Source of the DNA: a bacterium
Lineage (GTDB): Bacteria > UBA8248
NCBI GenBank assembly: GCA_965219955.1
Contig: OZ244799.1
Location: forward strand, 4,219,616 to 4,283,615
DNA: 64,000 nucleotides
Direction of reading: 5' to 3'
Shown: positions 56,549-64,000 of the stretch, piece by piece
Layout of the letters: every line of letters begins with the position of its first letter
Position numbering within the stretch: position 1 is the stretch's first letter
Program-made: the position numbers and the translations under genes
The notes under the pieces: generated by a model
Databases searched by the model: none
Seen by the model: the letters and a program-made list of their open reading frames with translations, nothing else
What the model was told of the DNA's origin: nothing

Positions 56549-57521
56549 TTTCACTTTTCCAATTCGCTCTTTCCTTTAGAACTCCGATGCAATAATTTAC
56601 ATCGTCTCTATAAGGCACACATGGACCTAAGGTAATATAACTCCTAGATTCCATGAGTTTTTCGAGGTGGAAATCCTCGTCCTCGCAATAATGTTTTATG
56701 CGGGGCGGATAGTTATTTCGATCTTGGTATTCAAACTTTTTATCGTCATCTTCAATTTCTGATTCAAGTATTACACAACGGCATTCTTTTTCGCGAACAT
56801 ATGCTTCATTTTTGTATAAATAGCGGATTTTTTCGAGAGGTTTCAAAACAATATCCGCCAATCTTTTCTGCGTGCTCTCAAGGACTGACGGATTGTCGAT
56901 TTTTAACGGGCCTAACAAATCCAAAACTGCTCGTATATCTTTGACAGTGAGTTTTGCATTCTGTGAGTCAGGACCGTAGGAGACAGTAAGTAATCTGGAA
57001 AGTGGAGCAAGTAATGACAAAGAGCAACCTTCTCCTTCCTGTCCATATGTTCGCCAAAAGATAAGATCATTGCTCATACTTTCCTGCTCTTCCTTTGTGT
57101 CGGGATGTATAAAAGAAGCAATATATGCATGACGCATATCCGTTTTTCCTAGCCATTTATAATCTCGCAATAAACTATGAGTAAGGTAATTGCCTTCTTC
57201 AGGATCATTAAAATGGAAAGAATTATAAAGCCGGAACTTAGATTTGTCGTTTTGTTTAGAGGCATCTTGTAGCATGGAAACTAGACCAGAGAGGCTTGTA
57301 TAGTGGATGACCAAAATGTTTTCCTGTTCTTTAGATGCATCTATTTTATGACGCTCTTCGATTTGAGGACATAAATTCTTTAGTGCTTGCTCTAAAGCTG
57401 GACCTACAGTCTCCGTTACTAGAGGTTCTAATTTGTAACTTTCAGGTTTTTCGAAATAGTCTCGTACGCGTTCTACGGCTGCTTTGAGATTTTCCAGTCC
57501 CTTTCTAGATTCTTCCACCAA
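56514..57521 (-). CDS. DUF2971-like protein
   Basis: HYTS, FNDPEEG, W.TYG, K...Y..E.E.R motifs; AT-rich. Confidence 0.7.
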   Translation of the reverse strand: MVEESRKGLENLKAAVERVRDYFEKPESYKLEPLVTETVGPALEQALKNLCPQIEERHKIDASKEQENILVIHYTSLSGLVSMLQDASKQNDKSKFRLYNSFHFNDPEEGNYLTHSLLRDYKWLGKTDMRHAYIASFIHPDTKEEQESMSNDLIFWRTYGQEGEGCSLSLLAPLSRLLTVSYGPDSQNAKLTVKDIRAVLDLLGPLKIDNPSVLESTQKRLADIVLKPLEKIRYLYKNEAYVREKECRCVILESEIEDDDKKFEYQDRNNYPPRIKHYCEDEDFHLEKLMESRSYITLGPCVPYRDDVNYCIGVLKERANWKSEIRNSKIPYRKY

Positions 57522-57714
57522 GTCTGCTCCTTATGTGAATTTAGATAAAGTCTTGATTCCACAAGATTCTTCCGATGAAATCAACTAGGAGAACTCAACA
57601 GTGGAAAACGGAGAATTTTCGGATATTACTATCGCTAGTAAGGTAATCCTGACATTTGAGTGACGGGAAGAGTCGCATATTCAATCCCCAATGCCCAAAT
57701 CCACCTGGCAATTC

Positions 57715-59226
57715 TCAACCCCCATCCCCCTCCTCGCTCTTCGTCTCCGGGAACCATTCGAGAAAACCCTCTTCGGTGGCCGGCGGGAAGGGCCACTGGT
57801 CTCCCCGCATGGCGGAGAGCGTGCGGTCGGGGCCGGGCTGGAACCGCCGGGCCGGCTCGCCGACGAGCTTTCCGTTTTCGAGCCATTTCTCGTCGCTTCC
57901 GTACATCTGCCCCTCCAGCGTCTCGCTCAGCCGGGCGAGGACGTCGGCGTAGGCGGGGTCCGAGAAGAGGTCCACCATTTCGTTCGGGTCAACTTCCAAA
58001 TCGAAGAGCTGGAAGTAGTGCCCGACCGGGTAGTAGATGAGCTTGTGGCGTCCGTCGTGGATCATGCGCGAGGAATGCGCGTCCTCGCCCGCCTCGCCGA
58101 AGAGGAATTCCCGCCTCTCATCGCCCACCATCGAGAGGCCCTCCACCGTCTCGGGGATATCGATGCCGCACAGGTCGAGCAGGGTGGGCATCACGTCCTG
58201 CAGCCCCACGAGGCGGTCGTCGACCCGGTTATTGCCCACGCGCGCATCGTCGGGCAGGCCCACCAGGATCATCGGGATTCCGGCGGAATACTCGTAGAAG
58301 ACGCGCTTGGCCCACATGTCGTGGTTGCCGAGCATGTCGCCGTGATCGGAGGTGAAGCAGATGATGGTGTCGTTGGTGAGGCTTTCCTCGCGCAGGGTGC
58401 CGATGATGATGCGGATCTGGTGCTCGATGTGGGTGCACAGCGCGTAGAACGCCCGGCGCGCGTCGATAACCGCCCCCTCATTGTAAAGGTCGCCGCGCGA
58501 CTGGGTGGCCTGCGCGTTGTAGGGGAGTTCGCCGCGATCGCGCGCCCACTCGCCCACGAACGGCTCGTCAATCGGAATCTCGCGGTAGATGTCGAGATAG
58601 GCCTGCAGCGGCACGAGCGGCGGATGCGGATGGCGGTAGGAGAGATACCAGAAGGCCGGCCGCCTCGGGTCGCGCCGCTTTATGGTTCGCGCCATCATGC
58701 GGGTGGTCCAGTTCGTGGGGTGCGTCGCCTCGGGCAGATGCCATGCCCGGTAGGTGTACTGGTTGTTCCCCATGCCGTGGTCGAACTGGCGGCCCGTGTG
58801 GCCGATGTCGCCGAGATAGATGTCGTAATCATCCGCGACGTTGTAGATCGAGCGGCCCTCGTCGTCCAGGATCACGTCGTCGAAGCCGATGCGGTCGCGC
58901 TGGGGATAGACGTGGATCTTGCCCACCGCGCAGGCCTGATAGCCCGCGTCGCGGAAGGTCTGGGCCATCGTCGGCAGGTGGTCGGGCATCAGCATCGTCG
59001 GGCTGAACACGCGGTCGCCGTGCGCGCGGGCGCTCGCGCCGGTCATCAGCGTCCGCCTCGCCGGTATGCAGAAGGGGTGTTCGGAATAGGCGTTCGTGAA
59101 GCGCACGCCGTTCTTGCAGAAGGTGTCGAGCGTCGGCGTCAGGATGCAGGGATGCCCCGCCGCCCCCAGCAGCGGCGAGGACCAGTGGTCGGTATTGATC
59201 AAGAGGACGTTCGGTCTCGATGACAT
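57715..59226 (-). CDS. sulfatase (formylglycine-dependent)
   Basis: RPNVLLINTDH, CIPARRTLMTG (CxPxR), GKIH, SDHGDMLG. Confidence 0.92.
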   Translation of the reverse strand: MSSRPNVLLINTDHWSSPLLGAAGHPCILTPTLDTFCKNGVRFTNAYSEHPFCIPARRTLMTGASARAHGDRVFSPTMLMPDHLPTMAQTFRDAGYQACAVGKIHVYPQRDRIGFDDVILDDEGRSIYNVADDYDIYLGDIGHTGRQFDHGMGNNQYTYRAWHLPEATHPTNWTTRMMARTIKRRDPRRPAFWYLSYRHPHPPLVPLQAYLDIYREIPIDEPFVGEWARDRGELPYNAQATQSRGDLYNEGAVIDARRAFYALCTHIEHQIRIIIGTLREESLTNDTIICFTSDHGDMLGNHDMWAKRVFYEYSAGIPMILVGLPDDARVGNNRVDDRLVGLQDVMPTLLDLCGIDIPETVEGLSMVGDERREFLFGEAGEDAHSSRMIHDGRHKLIYYPVGHYFQLFDLEVDPNEMVDLFSDPAYADVLARLSETLEGQMYGSDEKWLENGKLVGEPARRFQPGPDRTLSAMRGDQWPFPPATEEGFLEWFPETKSEEGDGG

Positions 59227-59697
59227 GTATCACTCCCTCAAATATATGAAACCGGGTTCGGCATCGTTTCGACGAAATTCATGCAGGACCCGGTTAACAG
59301 GAGCGCTGTTGCAGTTCTGCCTCCGGGGCATGCCGGCCGGCGAAAAAGCGCCGGGCCCGCGGGCAGGCGCGCCCCGCAACGGACCGCGTCCATCGCCATG
59401 ATTTCGAGCGCCGTAGTGTCGTCTGCATTGTAGGTGAAAAAGCCCTTGCTGCGTAGCGGCCTGCGCCCGCAGAGATGCTCTCCGCACGCAAGGGGAAGAA
59501 AATGCGCGCCGGCTGCATACCCCCCTGAATCCTCCCTCTCCTTGGCTTCGTTGCATTCCGGCATTCGCGCGGATTAAAATGCGCCCGTCATCGAGGCGGC
59601 GACGCCTGAGTCTTTCCGGTTGTTCTGAATTCCCTTTTCGGGTTCGCGTCGCCGTGAACCGGTATGTTCCACAAGACATCCATAGAGGACGCAGAGC

Positions 59698-61857
59698 ATG
59701 TCGCGCCTGGAAGGGAATGGATCCTCCGCCGTCGCCGCAGAGCCGACCCTCGATCCGCGCCTTCGCTACCTGAATCGCGAGCTTTCCTGGCTCTCCTTCA
59801 ACTGGCGCGTGCTCGCCGAGGCGAGCAATCCCCGTCACCCTCTTTTGGAGCGGCTGCGCTTCCTCTCGATATCGGCGAGCAACCTCGATGAATTCTTCAT
59901 GGTGCGCCTCGCGGGTCTCAAGGGCCAGGTGGCCAACGGCGTGACCCAGAAGAGCCTCGATGGGCGCACGCCCGCCGAGCAGTTGTCCGAAGTCGCCCGG
60001 GAGAGCGCGCGGCTCATCCGCGAGCAGGAGGCGGTGTGGAGGCGCCTGCAGGTTGAACTCGCCGGGGTTGGCATCTCGGTGGTGACCGCGAAGGACTTGA
60101 GCGCGGAGGATGTGGACTGGCTGGGCGACTATTTCCTGAAGCAGGTATTCCCCGTATTGACGCCCCTCGCCATCGACCCGGCGCACCCGTTTCCCTTCAT
60201 CGCCAACCGCGGTTTTTCCCTGGCGCTGGAACTCGAAGCCATTGAGGGCACGCGAAGAATGCGGGCGCTGGTGCCCCTGCCCGATCAGGTGCGCCGCTTC
60301 ATCCGCATTCCGGGGGAGGAGATACGCTTCATCGCGCTGGAGAATCTGGTGCGCCTGTTCATCGATCAGTTGTTCCCGGGCTACCGGATCGTCGGCAGCG
60401 GCGTGTTCCGCCTGATCCGCGACAGCGACATCGAATACGAAGAAGAGGCCGAAGACCTCGTCCTGTTGTTCGAGACCATGCTGCGCCGCCGGCGGCTCGG
60501 CGGCGTGGTGCGCCTGAACCTGAGCGCCGACATGCCGGACTCGCTGCGCGAACTGGTGGTTGACGAGTTCGACGCGCAGCCCGAGGACATCGTGGAGCTG
60601 ACCGGCACGATCGGCATGGCGCAACTCGGCGAGTTGATCGACTGCGGGCGGCCGGACCTGATATTCCCGGCCTACCGGGCGCGCTTTCCCGAGCGCATCC
60701 GCGAGTACGACAACGATTGCTTCGCGGCGATTCGCCAGAAGGACATCGTCGTCCATCACCCCTACGAGAGTTTCGACGTGGTGGTGCAGTTTCTCGATCA
60801 GGCGGCGGCGGACCCGAACGTGCTGGCGATCAAGCAGACGCTCTACCGCACGACCGACGAGTCGCCCATCGTCAAGGCGCTCATCGCGGCGGCGGAATCG
60901 GGCAAATCGGTCACCGCGCTCGTCGAGCTCAAGGCGCGCTTCGACGAGGAGACGAACCTCAAGCTCTCGCGCTCGCTCGAGCGCGCAGGGGTCCACGTGG
61001 TTTATGGCTTCATGAAGCTCAAGACCCACGCCAAGGTGACCTGCGTCGTGCGTCGCGAGGGCGACGGCCTGCGCAGCTACGTGCATTTCGGCACGGGCAA
61101 CTACCACCCGATCACCGCGCGCATTTATACCGACCTCTCGTTTTTCACCTGCGACGAGCGGCTCGCCCACGACGCCGCTCAGGTCTTCAACCTGACGACC
61201 GGCTACGCGCTGCCGAAGAATTTCGAGTGCGTCGCCGTGGCGCCCTCGGGCCTTCGGAAATCCGTGCTGGCCATGATTGACGAGGAGATCGCCAACGCGG
61301 AGGCGGGATTGCCGGCCGGGGTCTGGGCGAAGATGAACTCGCTCGTCGACGGGACGGTGATCGACAAGCTCTACCAGGCGAGCGCCGCGGGCGTTCAAGT
61401 CGACCTGGTGGTGCGCGGCATCTGCTGCCTGCGTCCGGGCGTGCCGGGTTTATCGGAGAACATCCGGGTCAAGAGCATCATCGGGCGTTTTCTGGAACAC
61501 TCGCGCATCGTGTGTTTCGCCAACGGCCATCCGCTGCCTTCGCCTCATGCGAAGGTGTTCATGACCTCGGCCGACTGGATGCCGCGCAACTTCGATCGCC
61601 GCTGCGAGGTGCTGGTGCCGATAGAGAACGAAACCGTGCACCAGCAGGTGCTCGACCAGATCATGGTGGCGAATTTCAAGGACGACGCGCAAAGCTGGAA
61701 CATGTCCGGCGACGGCGTCTACGAGCGCGCGCCGCTCGGGGAAGAAGATTTCACGGCGCACACCTATTTCATGACGAATCCGAGTTTGTCTGGCCGCGGA
61801 AGCGCGCTCAGGCGGGCCGGCGGCCCGGCGAGGTTGCGTATTGCGGAAGACGGCTGA
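59698..61857 (+). CDS. ppk1: polyphosphate kinase 1
   Basis: [40 protein letters not shown]. Confidence 0.97.
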   Translation: MSRLEGNGSSAVAAEPTLDPRLRYLNRELSWLSFNWRVLAEASNPRHPLLERLRFLSISASNLDEFFMVRLAGLKGQVANGVTQKSLDGRTPAEQLSEVARESARLIREQEAVWRRLQVELAGVGISVVTAKDLSAEDVDWLGDYFLKQVFPVLTPLAIDPAHPFPFIANRGFSLALELEAIEGTRRMRALVPLPDQVRRFIRIPGEEIRFIALENLVRLFIDQLFPGYRIVGSGVFRLIRDSDIEYEEEAEDLVLLFETMLRRRRLGGVVRLNLSADMPDSLRELVVDEFDAQPEDIVELTGTIGMAQLGELIDCGRPDLIFPAYRARFPERIREYDNDCFAAIRQKDIVVHHPYESFDVVVQFLDQAAADPNVLAIKQTLYRTTDESPIVKALIAAAESGKSVTALVELKARFDEETNLKLSRSLERAGVHVVYGFMKLKTHAKVTCVVRREGDGLRSYVHFGTGNYHPITARIYTDLSFFTCDERLAHDAAQVFNLTTGYALPKNFECVAVAPSGLRKSVLAMIDEEIANAEAGLPAGVWAKMNSLVDGTVIDKLYQASAAGVQVDLVVRGICCLRPGVPGLSENIRVKSIIGRFLEHSRIVCFANGHPLPSPHAKVFMTSADWMPRNFDRRCEVLVPIENETVHQQVLDQIMVANFKDDAQSWNMSGDGVYERAPLGEEDFTAHTYFMTNPSLSGRGSALRRAGGPARLRIAEDG

Positions 61858-63376
61858 ACGACCGGGCCTCGTCGAAGAGGCGACCGACCCTCACGAACGC
61901 TATGGCGTAATCGACATTGGTTCCAACTCGATCCGTCTGGTCGTGTTCGAGGGGTTGTCGCGCGCGCCGCTGCCCCTGTTCAACGAAAGAATCCTGTGCG
62001 GCCTGGGCCGCGGTCTACACGACACCGGACGGCTCGATCCGGAAGGGGTCGATCAGGCGCTCTTGAACATCGAGCGTTTTGGCGTCCTGTTGCGCGCGAT
62101 GGGTGTGGCGCGCTTCGACGCCATCGCCACCGCGGCGGTGCGCGACGCGGTGGACGGGGCCGGGTTCGTCGCCGAGGTGGAGCGGCGGTGCGGTTTCCGC
62201 GTGCGCGTGCTCTCCGGCGCCGAAGAGGCGGAACTGGCGGCGCTCGGCGTGCTGAGCGGAATGCCGGGGGCGGACGGCGTCGTGGGCGACCTGGGCGGCG
62301 GCAGTCTCGAGCTGGTCCACCTGGTCGATGGCGCCATCGCCGAACAGGCGACGCTGCCTCTCGGTCCGCTCAACCTCTTCGCCGCCTCGGGCGGCCAGCG
62401 CAAGCGCGCGCGGAAGATCATCGACGAAGCTTTGGCCGGGTTGTCCTGGCTCGCCAAAATGCGGGGGCGCGCCTTCTACGCCGTCGGCGGCAACTGGCGC
62501 GCCCTGGCGAGCGCCCACATGGCGCATTCGGGCTATCCGCTCAACATCATTCACCACTACCGGCTGCGACGCGGCGACCTTGCGAAAATCACCGACCTGA
62601 TCTCCCGCCAGAGCCGCGAATCGCTGTCGGGCATACGCGGCGTTTCGAACAGGAGGCTCGATTTGCTGCCGCTCGCCGCACTGGTGATGGACCGTGTGCT
62701 GGCGGACGCCGCGCCGCGCGACGTCGTATTCTCCGCGCACGGTTTGCGCGAGGGGCTCGCCTTCGCGTGCCTGGGCGAGCGGAGCCGGAAGGAGGACCCG
62801 CTGCTCAGCGCGGTGGGCGACATCCATGCCCGCACCGCTCGGTTTCCCGGTCACGTCCCCGAACTGCTCGCGTGGACGGAAAACCTTTTTCCCGGGGAAA
62901 GCGGGTCCGAGCGCCGCCTGCGCCACGCCGTCTGCCTGCTCAGCGACGTCGGCTGGCGGGTGCACCCCGACTACCGGGCCGCCCAGGCCAGCGCGGAGGT
63001 GCTGCACGCACGCGCCCTGCACGTCAATCACGAGGAGCGGGTGTTTCTCGCCCTGGCCGTTTTTCGTCGTTATTCGGGCCGCGAGACCCGCGGCGAATTG
63101 CGCGCCGTCGAGAGTCTCCTGGACGGGGATACTGCCGGTCGCGCGCGAATCATGGGCTCGGCCGTGCGCCTGGGCGAGACCTTGTGCGGCGGCGTGCCCG
63201 GTGTGCTGGAGCGCTTTTCGCTCAGGCCCTCAATGCGCCGGGGTTCGCTGGAGCTCGAGTGCCGCCGCGGCGACCGCAACATGCTGGGCGAGGTCGTCAT
63301 GCGCCGCTTCGAGGCCCTGGCCGCCCTGATGGGGCTGGCGCCCGAGTTGCGCTCTGTCGGTGAGGAAGAAGCGTGA
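61841..63376 (+). CDS. ppx: exopolyphosphatase Ppx/GppA
   Basis: [24 protein letters not shown]; start codon uncertain. Confidence 0.92.
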   Translation: MRKTAERPGLVEEATDPHERYGVIDIGSNSIRLVVFEGLSRAPLPLFNERILCGLGRGLHDTGRLDPEGVDQALLNIERFGVLLRAMGVARFDAIATAAVRDAVDGAGFVAEVERRCGFRVRVLSGAEEAELAALGVLSGMPGADGVVGDLGGGSLELVHLVDGAIAEQATLPLGPLNLFAASGGQRKRARKIIDEALAGLSWLAKMRGRAFYAVGGNWRALASAHMAHSGYPLNIIHHYRLRRGDLAKITDLISRQSRESLSGIRGVSNRRLDLLPLAALVMDRVLADAAPRDVVFSAHGLREGLAFACLGERSRKEDPLLSAVGDIHARTARFPGHVPELLAWTENLFPGESGSERRLRHAVCLLSDVGWRVHPDYRAAQASAEVLHARALHVNHEERVFLALAVFRRYSGRETRGELRAVESLLDGDTAGRARIMGSAVRLGETLCGGVPGVLERFSLRPSMRRGSLELECRRGDRNMLGEVVMRRFEALAALMGLAPELRSVGEEEA

Positions 63377-63402
63377 TGATTAGGTAACGGATCGGGCGTT
63401 TC

Positions 63403-64000
63403 TCAGGAGGGTTGGTCCGTCCGGCCCGTGGGCGCGCCCTGGATGATGCCCAACTCCCGTAATGCCCGCACCGCTCGCAGGACCACCGTATCCCTTTCCT
63501 GAATCAACTCATCTTGCGACCGCCCTCCGTAGTCGCGCCATCCCCTTCCGGTGGAGAGTCCCAGTTCGCCTCGCTCGATCTGCTTCAACAACAACGTAGA
63601 GGGCTTGAACTTGGGGTCGCCTTCGGCCCTGTAGAGGTTCTCGAAAACGTTCAGCGTGATGTCGGCGTCGTGGAGGAGGTCGTTCCATTCGAACGGCCCC
63701 TTGCAGGCCAGGCGGATTCCGAAGCCGTGCCGGACGGCCTCGTCCACGTCCTCGGGCGTGGTGAGTCCGCGCTCCACCAGGCTGACGGCTTCGTTCAGCA
63801 TGGCGTATTGGAGGCGGTTCACGATGTAGCCGGCCACGTCCCGGCAGGTGACGGGCGCCTTGCCGACCTTCCTCAGAAAGGCGATGAGCCTGCCATGCGC
63901 CTCCTCGCTCGTAGCGGGGCCGAGAACCACTTCCACGAGCGGGAGAATGTGCGGGGGGTTCGCCCAGTGCGCGCCGAGCACGCGGCCGGGGTCGGAAACG
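63403..64000 (-). CDS. 3-hydroxyacyl-CoA dehydrogenase family protein (5' end outside window)
   Basis: H.ANPP..LPLVEVV, GYIVNRLQ, GPFE..D; frame open to the window edge. Confidence 0.85.
   Translation of the reverse strand, partial: VSDPGRVLGAHWANPPHILPLVEVVLGPATSEEAHGRLIAFLRKVGKAPVTCRDVAGYIVNRLQYAMLNEAVSLVERGLTTPEDVDEAVRHGFGIRLACKGPFEWNDLLHDADITLNVFENLYRAEGDPKFKPSTLLLKQIERGELGLSTGRGWRDYGGRSQDELIQERDTVVLRAVRALRELGIIQGAPTGRTDQPS

Noticed and set aside
57600-57715. Right att boundary of the AT-rich island
   Set aside because: Only a weak TTCAATCCCC match to the T-arm; not enough to call
59230-61398. 722-aa minus-strand ORF
   Set aside because: Antisense shadow of ppk1 with no recognisable motifs

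Overview
High-GC bacterial chromosome segment; the gene content (secreted ankyrin proteins, large surface lipoproteins, dense REP/MITE repeats) suggests a host-associated, possibly sponge-type symbiont, but that is inference. Left to right: two secreted ankyrin proteins; a nagZ/deacetylase/MshA-like/GNAT/amgK cluster; a long catabolic region starting with a FadR regulator (M24 enzyme, DRE-TIM enzyme, maleate-isomerase-like protein, hydrolase, ADH, two bicupins, a divergent B12 acyl-CoA mutase, CoA-transferase, a crotonase lacking both catalytic Glu, an AcdA-like desulfinase); ruvCAB-yebC, kdsD, arsM, polA; a hicBA islet inside a perfect 60-bp duplication; rnr; two TbpB-like lipoproteins with a candidate invertible promoter; smpB-tmRNA; a NYN cassette bounded by a tmRNA 3' duplication; an AT-rich island with a ubiquitin-like operon (Ubl, E2-like, JAB-E1 fusion) plus a DUF2971-like gene; then sulfatase, ppk1-ppx and a partial 3-hydroxyacyl-CoA dehydrogenase. 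The best candidate for a novel system is the tmRNA-linked Ubl operon, whose Ubl ends in Ala rather than Gly and whose E2-like protein has Ser at the likely active site. All calls come from reading motifs by eye; no searches were run.
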